A stretch of DNA of 64,000 nucleotides from Auanema rhodensis (taxonomy: Eukaryota > Animalia > Nematoda): the NCBI GenBank assembly GCA_964057225.1, contig OZ059896.1, positions 13,206,001 through 13,270,000 of the forward strand, given 5' to 3'. Shown here one piece after another: positions 15,301 through 27,038 of this stretch. Position 1 is the stretch's first letter. Each line of letters starts with the position of its first letter. The notes under the pieces were generated by a model. It made no database searches, was not told where the DNA came from, and worked only from the letters and a program-made list of their open reading frames with translations. A program made the position numbers and the translations under genes.

Positions 15301-16267
15301 TAAACAATGTAAACCATCTTAACACAGACCTAATAACATATTCAATATAAGCTCACATCTTGGCTGGCTAAAATGAGTTGGCCCATCCTTTCATCAAAGC
15401 TCCAACAATCCTTAGAAACACCAGATGCAGAATGTCTTATCTATACATGATTTTTTTTTTATTATTATTCAGAGGTTTAAAAGCTCACTCCTCTAGAGAC
15501 TATTTTATTATCCACTATATAGTAATAGAGTGTTTTGGTAGTTATCGTAAAAATAATTAATTTTTCTCCAGGTAAACGAGAAAGAGCTAAGCCTGATACA
15601 GCTCCTTCTAAAAGATTAGGTTCACGTACTTTGATCCATCTCGAGGCCTAAATCAAGTAAAATAAAATAAAAGACTAATTTTAGAGATATTACCTTATCC
15701 TTGAATATATCTCCTTGATACAAAATAGCTGATCCATCAGTGAAACCAATAGTTATATCAGTTAGTTGTGAATGAACAGCAATTGTAGTTGCTTTAGCAC
15801 AGTTTGGGCCCAACACACTTGTGAACCGTATAGATCTTTTCAATGTAGGCTCTCCAACGTTTCCCGTTTCCCAAATTTTCAGTATAGAACCTGATGAGCT
15901 ATCATCTTCCTAATATGATATCACTTTAGTAATATATTTTTTTGATATAACACAAGCTACCCCAACAGAAAAAAGGTAAGGATGAGAGAAATGTAAATCA
16001 GTGAGAGAATGTTGATATGCTTTCCAATAAAATTCTTTTAATTGCTTGCTAAGACGAAAAACTCCGCCTCTACCCTCGCCCAAATACGTTTGATCACCTT
16101 CACTGCACCAACAATCAACGCTTACATCCTGAAATATAAAATGAAACATCACTCAGATGAAATTCAGTAACCTTTAATCCTAAAAATTTATTTTCTGAAT
16201 GATTAGGATCTAACACAATGTTCTTGTCGAAAAAATTAAATCTTCGCCAACCAAAATCAACTGACAT
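12396..16267 (-). CDS. vps-11: VPS11 (HOPS/CORVET core subunit)
   Basis: MSVDFGWRRFNFFDK N-terminus, KLDILFKKNLYDVA, clathrin-repeat region HHTAILLQCYARLK, RING-H2 C..CDTALQLPAVHFLCKHSYHVHC..CPAC. Confidence 0.95.
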
Positions 16268-16522
16268 ATTCAATAAGGTATACTTTATCTGATAGTTATA
16301 TTTATGTTGAATCAATTGCAGTAGTGGAAGGCACTACGCCGCGCAATACCTGAACCGAAGTCTTCAACAAGTTTTGTGAAACGTTAGTTAGTAAATAACC
16401 CGAAAATATTCAATTTAAGAACTCGAAAACTTTGCTTTTACGACATTAAGTATTTAAACGTGTTAACATTTTAATCAATAATTGAAAAAACTCTTTAACT
16501 GAAACTTTATTTTATTGTCATA

Positions 16523-18219
16523 TTATTTCTTTATCAACTGGCAATTTATGTAAATTTGACTTGTATTTCCAAAAGACATAGCAAAAATTGCTAAAAGATC
16601 ATCATTCAGCAACGCGTCAACTTCCTCATTTTTATTCAACTTCTATAATTTAAAAAATGATGACACTAGCAATTGAAAAAGAGTTACTTTAAAAACCTGT
16701 GCTACACCATATTTTAGATAAGCAAGTGTTATATCCATTGGCCCTTTATATTGTTCATGGATAGCTATTAATTGCTTACCATAGTCTGCTGCAATACTAT
16801 ATCTGAAATGCACGGTTAACATTCACAAGGTTCGGGTAAAAAACCTTTCAGAGTTTTGCAAGCTACATCGATACATCTGGTAAAGAGAAGGTAAACGAAG
16901 GACGTTAAACTTATGAAATGCACCTTCCATAAGCTCTAATAACTGAATCAATTTAAGGATTGATTTAGAAAATATTTCTACTCACTTTCTCGGCAATTGC
17001 TGTACGAGAATCTTGGGGCAGATCAGTTCTTTTTAAACTTTCGTTTCCTGCTTTGACTGCCTGTACTGCCATAAGACAAGTTTCTACGTGATCTTTGTCA
17101 GGCATAGCATGACATCTATATATTTTTCATAAATATTAATAAAAGAAAAACATGCATTTGGCAAAATGTTTCTTCTGTGGCAGGAAGCCAACCATTGGGA
17201 CAATTTTGGCATTCCCAAGCTTCCATTAAATTGTTTCTTTCTTCATCTAAACATCCATCACAGTTGCAGTCCAATTTATATAATTTCTATAATACGGAAC
17301 ATTAAAAACTACATGAAATTAAAACGACTTTCAGCAGACTTTTCCTTTCTGATATGCATTTGAGATCATCAATGAAAGAATAAGTTAGGGTACTGGCTGA
17401 GCCTGTACTAGCTTTGGTAGGGATCAGTCTTAATTTATCCTTACTGAAATGAAGTCATGGAATGTGACTATAAGATTCAAATAAAGTTACGTTACCTAAA
17501 AACCACTCTGGTTTGAGGAACACATGAATGATTTGCTGAAGTAATATTTAAAGAGAGAGCTAAGCCGTATGTTTGACCAAACTCATTAGTTAATCCAACA
17601 CTGTTTATAATAGTTAGTTTATATAATCTGTAAATATCAGTTTTTCATTTGTATAAGCAAATATTTACCTTTTAATAACATCATCACCAACTATTCTTTT
17701 AACAACTAAACCATTAAAACCTAGCAAAAAACTCATAGCTTCAAACTCGAGAACAGGATCCTCGTTTCGATAATCCATATTCACAATCGAAGTGGACTCT
17801 TAAATTCAATCATATTTAAGCTCAGGAAAAACCTGACCTTCACTTTTAACCAGATTTGTAAAATCTCCAGCACTCCATTTTTGAGACAAACGTAGAACAA
17901 AACGATGTTCATCAGTAAATTGGCTAGCTTTTACATTATCCTTAAAATATTTTTCAGCGTAAGACAACAAACATGTGAAAAGTACCTGCAAAATAGAACA
18001 TTCTAATTTATGAGACTTCCAATCCTTTTTTTGACATTCAGGTCCACAATAATTCAGTTTCTTGCAAGCTACACATCGTAACAACGGTTTGGCATTAGTG
18101 CCTGTTGCCAAGCAAGAATGGCAGTAGTTTTCCCCCTGATAGTGGAAGTTGTTTTTGATTTGATAAATGTTTACCTGAGATGTAGATACTATAAAGCAGT
18201 ATAGTTCTTCCTCTTTCAT
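16523..18219 (-). CDS. SET-and-MYND (SMYD) lysine methyltransferase
   Basis: MYND finger CHSC..RCVACKKLNYCGPECQKKDWKSHKLEC, ANHSCVP, post-SET YKLDCNCDGC. Confidence 0.9.
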
Positions 18220-18375
18220 TATATATTTTTATCTGCAATAGTAAAAAATAGTAGGAAAGCTGTAAGTGCGAAATATATTTGGTAAATCCTAGAGAACTGT
18301 AGATAACTAAGAAACTTTTTTCTTCAGTAACAACAACAAAAATAATACAAGTCAACAATGAAAAATAGATCCTTA

Positions 18376-19588
18376 TTATCTTTTTTTATATAAACACGGC
18401 TTTAACTTCAAACCAAACGGACGCTTATTGACTACATCTTCAATTTTTTTAAACTCAATCATAACGAAATATTCTGTAGCCTTTCTCTGAAAATAAAATT
18501 TTCAGTCAAAAAAAAAAAAAAACTATCAACCTGTTCAACTTTACTAAACCCCATTTTGCATACAGCCTCGCAGAACAACCTCAGATTAACAAATCGACTG
18601 GTCACCTCAGCAATTTTCAAAATGCCACTAGAAAAAATTAATTAGTTTTATGCTAGTCTTTAAACGACTTATACCCTAATTTTAAAACTCTTCGAGCTTC
18701 TTTTATGAAATCATGAGTATTAGTGCCCATTAATGACAAACAAAATATCACAATATCTGCTGATTCATTTTCTACAGGTAGATGTGCCATATCACACGAA
18801 GTTACCCGTTCATTCACAGCAACCAAATCAAATGATTTAACCTATATTACATCCATTGGATCAGTTTTTATATGAAAGTACTTTATGATAACTGCCTATG
18901 CTTTCTGCCAATTTAGCTTCACCACATCCTAAGTCATATACTACTTTTCCCTTTGTTAAGATGTTTAACCATTTCACAATGTGTTGCAAAGGATGGTTGG
19001 GCCATTTTTTTGCCTAAAATTTTGAACTAATTCAAGGGGAACAAGGAACACGAAAGGAAACAAACTTGTTCAGAAAACCCTTTATGATAGCAATCAAATG
19101 CTTCCGGATCTTCCTTGAAAAACCCGAGAGCTTCCGTACCAGTCATTGTATATAACTGTTCATTCAAATATCTTAAACAAGAGAGCTTCAAAATAAAGTA
19201 AATTCACTGACCTGAATCTTCCAGATTCCAATTTTTTCTTGAATTCTTCTGTAGCATCAGGCTTTATTGAAATTGTAGTTGAAGTTTGACGCAGTTCTTC
19301 TTTTTTTTTTCCAGACTTTTTCTTTTTTTTTATAACGGTTTCTATCTTGGACTAAAAACGATTGTACGAAAAATTGATATTTTAATACTGGAGATACATT
19401 TGGTTCACTTCCTTTACTTTCTTTCACAGCTTTCTTTCTTGCTTCACGTCTAACTTTATTTCTCCAAGGTCGTTTCTGCTTAAAAAAGAATGTTAAGTTA
19501 AGGCTGATCTCGATAGAACCTTTTCATTTTTCTCCGTACTCTTTTGTTTTGGCTCATTCATTGTAGTTATCCCAGAAGAAATTTCCAT
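18376..19588 (-). CDS. rrp-8: RRP8/nucleomethylin rRNA m1A methyltransferase
   Basis: [53 protein letters not shown]. Confidence 0.93.
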
Positions 19589-19788
19589 CTACGTTGAAAG
19601 ATAAGCTTACTAAAACAGCACAAAACAAGATATATTTCAAATTGCTTATACAAAATAAAACGTACGTTTACCTTATGAAACATTTATTATGAAAAACAGC
19701 TAACAAATAACCAATAAAAGTAACAAAAACAGTTTTATCTACAAAAACAGAACAAAACAATGATAACAATAAAAACGAAGAAATAATA

Positions 19789-22330
19789 TTAACGTCTGTC
19801 TGTTTTTCCTGAACTTCTCTTACCAGAGAACAAATGCTTAGGTTTGAGGTCGTATACATGCCGATCTGCTTCACCTTTTCTTGCTTCTCTTCTAAGTTTC
19901 ATGAGTGCTCTAGCTCTAATAGTATCAGCCTTAGCACGTTTCTGAAAATATACATTGAGTGATAAGATTATTAACTAAAATTAAATATCACCTTCTCGTC
20001 TGTGATAGCAACTTCATCTCTAGGTGCGGGTCGATTGGCACCAAGACTTTGAGATCTTCCAACTCTGATCTTCTTACCAAGAGGAGCTTTCGCGCATTGT
20101 CCTCTAAGATTCTTCATCTTCTTAGTGTCAACCTTGAAAACAAGCTAAGAAAATAGGATATAAAAATAATTTTACATCAACTCCCAAATCTCCCAACTCC
20201 TGTTCTAACCGAGTCATAGAGCGCTCACGTTTTCTGACATTAGTACGAGAAACTTGGTATCCCTGAAATACTTTGTCATTAGAAATTATTCCGTTTAGAT
20301 CATTTTATACTGCTTTAGCTTTGTTAATCTGGTTTTCCAATGTTAATAACTTCTCCTTCTCTCTAATCTGTTGAGCAATCTTGAGCTTTTCTTTAGTTTC
20401 TTCATCATCACTATCTAGGTCAGAATCATATTCTCCAGCAGCTTCTCTTAACTGCTCTTCTTTGAGAAGATCAGCTAATTTCTTAAACAGAATGAGTTAA
20501 GAAAGAAATCTTTTTTTTTTAATTTCAAAACCTGTTGAATATCTGGATCGATGAAATCAGCAATATTGTGGCCTTCGTATATTTCAGGAACAACATCATA
20601 TTTTTCTTCGTCATTTTTCAAAAGATATTGCTTTTTTAGATCAAGAATGTAGTCATCTTCTAATTCTAATTCAAGTTCACGTTCTAACTTCTTCATATCT
20701 GAAAAAAATATTCATAATATATTATCTGCAGAATGACCCATACTTTCGTCCCTTGCGCTCTCGACCGCCTGATTTTCCCTCTTTCTCAGAACAGCAGATG
20801 GAATGAATGGAGCCCGAACCTTCAGAAAACAGCATTGTAGATCGAAAAATATTTTTACCAACCTTGTCATCTCTTGGCGTGGGATAAGCGACAAATACCC
20901 TACTAAGAACAGAGTTCTCAGTGTCTGCAATCTTTTTAGTTTGCAGCTTAGCTTCAACACGTTGAGCAAGTAATTCATCACATGCCTAAAATAAAATACT
21001 TATTTAGTATATGAATTAAATGAGCATACCTTATCCCTGAGATTCATAACACCTTCCTGGGTTAAAGTAGACATTTCGACAACTGATATGCCTTCTGTTT
21101 CAAATTTATCCAGTAATGCTTTCTTTGATTCAGGTAAATCCTCTCTGCGAAGAATATCAACCTTATTCAAACCAATAAGAACAGGCTTGTTAGCGAAAAG
21201 TGGGCGAATTGATTCAAAAAGATGAACCTAATAGAAAAATATATATATATTAATAAAAAAATTAAGTCATACTTGTTCCTCAATAGACCTGTCGCATTGT
21301 TCAGAAACATCCATAACAAACAAGACTGCAGCTTTCAAGTGTGCCAGTGCAGTGACAGCTTGCATTTCAATAGTATTCCTTTCTTCGAGGGGTTGATCAA
21401 GAATACCAGGAGTATCAATAACCTTAGAAAGACATTTTTATTTAAACAGAGAATACCAAAGCAAGTCTACCTGCCAGCGTAAAAATTTATAATCCAGATG
21501 TCCAACATATAAAGCTTTAGTAGTGAAAGCATAAGGTTGGACTTCCACATCAGCTCTAGTTACTTTATTAATGAAGGATGATTTACCAACATTGGGAAAA
21601 CCACACAAGATCAATGTTCTGAAAAAAATTGTCCCAGTTTTAAATATTAAAAACTATAACAAAATTCAAAGAAAATAAATACCTCGTTCCAGGGTCAATA
21701 CTAGGCAATCTTGACAAATGTTGACGAACTTGTTCAAGGTAGTCAAAACTTGATTTCTGACGTTTTAATAGTTTAACCATGCGACCAAGAGCAGCACGCT
21801 TAAGCATTTTGCATCGATATAAAGAATCACCATATTTCATAAGTCGAACATATTCCCTAGCAATCCTAAGAACACTCTGAAGTTAAAAAAAATTGAAACT
21901 ATAATAATTTACCCGTCAATCAGATGTCTGGCAGTATTCATTTGACCAAGTGCGATTTTGTAATGATCACGATCGTACAAAATATTCATCAAATCAGCGT
22001 AGAAAGGATGAACTTCCTAGCAAAATTGACCAATTATTTATATACTTAAACAACTCTAACCTCCATTTTTGGAAACTCAGTGATAATTTGCGTTAATTTA
22101 TCATGAAGTGTTTGTTGCAAAAACTTAATTTTTCTGGCATAAAAAGCACGAATTCTTCCGATAGCATATTGACGATGAACGACAGTTGGAGTCTTACGCT
22201 GAGTCTTCGAAAGCACAACTTCTTTGAGATCCTTAAAGATTTAGAGTCAAATTTTTACTTTATATAAAAAAAAACTAACCGAAGCAGAAGGAACTACTGT
22301 TATTTTTTTGAAATTATATTGTGATGTCAT
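19789..22330 (-). CDS. nog-1: Nucleolar GTP-binding protein 1 (NOG1/GTPBP4)
   Basis: [64 protein letters not shown]-terminus. Confidence 0.97.
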
Positions 22331-22588
22331 CCTTCAAAAAATTAATTACTTTTAAAAAATTAAAGAAAATAAATGAATAAATTTGACTAAGTATAGTTAT
22401 CTTATAGGTCGCTTAATTGTATATGAGAATATTTCCCTACAATGCTCCAAATTACGTAAACAGCAGGCAATTCATAACATAAGTAGGAGTGATCGTAGTA
22501 AAGAATGTTTAAAATTTCATGAAGCATTATTTTTTTTGAAGTATGTTATGTGTTTTGAGCTTTTTATTTTATAGATTTGTGTGAAAAT
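22331..22588. promoter_or_regulatory. Putative bidirectional promoter for nog-1 and eri-1
   Basis: 258 bp between two divergent start codons. Confidence 0.55.
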
Positions 22589-24049
22589 ATGTCAACAGAA
22601 GAAGTTCAGAATTTACTTGAAAAATATGAGCAGTTAGATGTGAATAGCTCAAGTTATGATGGTAGAAATAATTCAGATTCAAGTGAAGGTTCTATTTCTA
22701 AGCAATCGTTGAATTATAAAAGACTTTAGAGGATAGCTCCCAAACAAAAAGTGTGAAGGAAGAACAGGGATATTGTGTCGATACAAAAAAAATGGTGTAT
22801 ATTATGCATAATTTGCAATCTTTTACAACGGCTCAATTAAGAGACATTTTGAGGAATGAAAGCTTGAACCTATTGTATGCCTTTTTTCACACTCATATGT
22901 TTTCATTTCTTCTAGGGGGGACAAAAAAACACTGAAGGAGCGCGTTAAACGGTTTTATAAAAAACCGTTCACACTTCATAAATTAAGTTTAGATAAGTTG
23001 GATAGCAAGACTAAGACATCCCGATACTTCGAATATTTAGTTGTAATCTTAAATATATAAAATTCCCTTATAGTACTCTATTTTTCAGGTTATTGATTTT
23101 GAATGTACCTGTACTGCTTTAAACAATGATTTCTCACATGAGATCATAGAGTTTCCTGCTGTTCTTATAGATGTCCGAACTTTGAAAATTGTATTTTAAA
23201 TCAAAAAATCAATTTTGAAAAACCAATAAATTACAGGTAGACACTTTTCAAAGCTATGTAAAGCCTGTACTTAATCCTAAGTTGGACAAATTTTGTATTG
23301 AATTGTGTGGTACTAATTTTGTTATGGAGGTAAATAAATTTGTTTTGCAGGAATACAACAAGAAACTGTAGAAAATGCGGCTTGCTTTTTAGAAGTTCAT
23401 GAACGATTTTTAACATGGATGACATTGCATAAATTAGATCAATCTTCTAGGAGATATGCTTTTGTGACGGATGGGTTTGACAGAAACAAGTAATTATTTG
23501 AATTTGAATTCGTTCAGACCTCATGATTTCTGGAAATTTTTACAGTTTCAATTTCAATTAGTAAGTATTGTTTTTAATTTTACGATTTACGATCAGTTTT
23601 TAGTGCGATAAGCCTCTACCTCACAAATTCCGACATTTTATTGACATGAAAAGAATATTTGAAAACAAAGTTGAACGACTTCCTAGAAGAAATGGAGTTT
23701 AGTAATAAATAGTTTATATTAATTCCTCATATTTTTTAGAAAACTGGAATTGAGAACATGTTGGATGTTTATGATATGAAATTTGAGGGCAGATTGCATT
23801 CAGGTTTAGACGATGCAGTAAATATTGCTAGGATTTGCATTAGGATGATGGAAGATGATATTGAACTGAAGGTTTTCATATTTTTTATGTGATAACAGCG
23901 GTGAACGTTTTTAGATCAATCAAAAATTGGTACCAAAAGCAAGCTATGACCGTCCAAAAGCTAATTCTAAATCAGAAACCCACGAAGTGATTTCGGACTA
24001 CCATTTATGGAAAAACAAATTACATCTTAAGCTCTCTCCAGCATATTAA
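22589..24049 (+). CDS. eri-1: ERI-1 SAP-domain DEDDh 3'-5' exoribonuclease
   Basis: SAP-like [21 protein letters not shown]; [43 protein letters not shown]; the 3' end is less certain. Confidence 0.92.
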
Positions 24050-24137
24050 GTTTTTATTAAACGAAAGTGATACACGTTAACTTTATATTCTATATCTTTA
24101 TAGATAAATAAGTATTATGGCAAGTACCAGACATTAT

Positions 24138-24794
24138 TCAAAAAAGACGACATGTTTGCGAACATAGTCCTGCAAGTAATACCCAAACAGGAAGAAATAT
24201 TAGTCCATATGATGATCCAACTGCAACTTGTCCTTGCTCTAAATCCCCTTCTATTTTGTAGCACAAGATGAATTCGAAAGATCCCATTAAAGCTAATCGC
24301 GTAAAATTAAATGCAAATCTAAATTATTGGTTAGAGCCTAAGAATAAGAATCTTTTGAACCTGAACAGAGGACTTCTACAGTCTTTGTATTCCAATAAAG
24401 CCCGAACAAAAACTATGAATAGATAATAACAGTCTAAAACGCAAGCAATGAGTAGTGGATAAAATATATGCCAATAGGTTATAGTAATATATGAATACGC
24501 TTTTAATATCTGAAGTTTGAACTGCTGAATTACTTATGGAGACTAGTGGGACTTACGAATAATACTGTTGTTCCATACAAGGCAAACATATGAAGCCAAA
24601 TCTCAAATAGCGTTAAGCCTGTCCATGTTATCAACTCGTACAATGTAATTAATAAACTAAAGTTATATTCAATAAAATCCAAAATTATAGTCATACGGTT
24701 TATCTGTTTTTGCTAATAGAGGTAAATATTCAGCAGTAAAGCCAGTAACTGAAGGTGAGCGTGATTCTGTCGAGTCAATATCCGTGGATTGCAT
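24138..24794 (-). CDS. TMEM203: TMEM203-family membrane protein
   Basis: ELITWTGLTLFEIWLH, YWHIFYPLL, FEFILCYKI and YGLIFLPVWVLL..QTCRLF* parallel TMEM203 ELVQWLGFATFEIFVH, FEMLLCQKL and RACRVN. Confidence 0.8.
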
Positions 24795-25408
24795 ATTAAA
24801 GTATTAAATTCTAAACAAAAAAATACGATACGAAAAGATTTCCTATACAGAAAACAAACATCTATATCCATACACATAGAACGCGGTTCTGCACTAAAAT
24901 CTTACATTTTACTAGTACTACGTACTGCGTAGTACGTATATGATCTTATCTTCAGCAGTTTTTCATTTATCGTTTGGTTTTGAAATGATAATTAGAACAT
25001 ATCACGTCATAAAAGATGATATTTTTAAATTGCATTTGATAGCAATGCTTCCATGTGTCTAAAATCTGGTTATTTCTTAATCATTATTGTTCTCTACCGT
25101 GCATATATAACAGCTTGTTCAGATCAGCATGTCCCATTCATTTTCACTCCTTTTCGAATTTTTCTTTATATCTATTTAAATTTTGTGTATTAAATGAATA
25201 ACACTTTCCAAACAAAAAAATCTATCTTTAATTTTTACTTTTAATTTAAGTGTACATTTTGAGAATTAATCTGTTTGAACTATCGTAAGAGAACGCATTT
25301 GCGTTCTTCCGCCAAAACGATGACAAATGAAACCTGTTATTGATCGCTATACATATATATTGAGACTATAGTGAATGAATGTTCCTTTACTAATATATTC
25401 TAGATAAA

Positions 25409-26045
25409 ATGGCGGATTGTTTCATTGGACAGCAACTATTGAAAAAAAATGGCGAAGAAACTGTGGAAATCAATGCATCAGAAGCTGTTAAAGATAAGGT
25501 AATTATCAAATTATGATTTTTTTCAATTTTCTTGGTTAGGTTGTAGGACTCTACTTTTCTGCTATGTGGTGTCCTTCGTGCAGACAATTCACTCCTAAGC
25601 TCGCTGTATGAACAGTCTAACATTCAAAGTATAACTTTACTCATTTAAGCGATTTTATAAAGAACTCAAGGCTGCCGGAAAGAATTTTGAAATTATATTA
25701 GTATCAAGAGACAGAGAGGCCGATGATCTGAAAGAATATTTTGTTGATCATAACGGTGATTGGTTAGCTATACCATTCGGTGATGAACGTATACCGTATG
25801 TTGTATCTGTTCAGAATTAGTGTAATTTTTTCTACATACAGGGAATTCTTGAAGAAGTATGAAGTGCCTACTATACCTGCATTTAAAATTATTAAACCTG
25901 ATGGTACTCTTGCAGTTGACGGAGCTAGATTTGATGTTCAGGTTTGTACTGAATTTATATATATATATATTTGTTTTTTTTTTAGGAAAAGGGTAAAGAC
26001 GACCCTATTGCAGTTTTTGAGGAATGGGAAAAAGCTGCTCAATAA
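25409..26045 (+). CDS. Nematode 16-kDa nucleoredoxin/tryparedoxin-type thioredoxin (trx-5-like)
   Basis: VVGLYFSAMWCPSCRQFTPKL, FEIILVSRD, WLAIPFGD, KYEVPTIP. Confidence 0.92.
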
Positions 26046-26072
26046 TATATAGAAAGAATTGTAAATTTTTTA

Positions 26073-26754
26073 TTATTCACTGAGAAGGTAGTATAAAGTA
26101 CAAGAATGGTCTTTTAGTTCTTGCTTGGATTTTTCATCCAATGTTTCAAATTCCTTCTAAAATAAAGCTGTATATTAATATATTTTAATCTGTTATACCT
26201 TTAATTCTTTTATTACATATTGATGTGGCTCATCTTTTCTTTTCACTGCTATTTGGAGAAGCTTATGTATAGCCTAAACATGAAAATTATAAAACACATA
26301 CTATAATTTATTAACCAAATCTAGGAATACTTGAGTTTCAGGCTTCATTTTAGAATTTGTGTTTTCCCATTTTCTATACACCTTAACTGCACTTCTTCCA
26401 AGTAGGGGAGAAATTGCTGTTAACTCAGCAAGCATCTGTATACAAGCGTAAGGTTTTAAAAATGCATAACCTAACCTCCCGTAACGAATCTTCTTCTACA
26501 ATGTTATTCATATACGCTTTAACCATTTTTTTCTCTCCTTCATTCAATGAGTCATAGGTTGCACTATATTGTTCAATTTCTTCAACAAAAAAGGAAAGAA
26601 TACTATTAATTAGTATGAAGTTAAATACTTGAATCTAGTCATTTTTATAGAATAAACTGAAAACAGTACCTGCTTCGTCTCTGCATGATCTAGCAAACAA
26701 ACTGTGAGGTACGTTTGAACATATTAGTAAAATAATAACAAAATACAGTGACAT
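26073..26754 (-). CDS. Divergent fatty-acid/retinol-binding (FAR)-like secreted helical protein
   Basis: Signal peptide MSLYFVIILLIC..; YDSLNEGEKKMVK, ELTAISPLL, MKPETQVFL and FETLDEKSKQELKDH follow the FAR pattern. Confidence 0.65.
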
Positions 26755-26977
26755 GCTTTTTGAAAACAGAAGCGAGGAATAGGTTTATAGTTGCTGGTGG
26801 CCCATTTTCGGAATTTATCGTTCATTGTTGTAATCTATAATGTAGATCGTCTTGACTGAATATTTCGGCAAGTTGGCGGTTCTAATTTTTAAATCACTAA
26901 GAACATCAAAAACTTAAAGTATCCAATATTGTTTTATTAAAGGCTTATATTTAAAAAAACTGTTGGAAGATATACAG

Positions 26978-27019
<42 letters not shown>

Positions 27020-27038
27020 TAACTGAAACAAACATTCT

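Noticed and set aside
26815-26910. Possible extra last exon of SHPRH
   Set aside because: The preceding exon already ends in an in-frame TAA at 27039-27041 after a plausible SHPRH C-terminus
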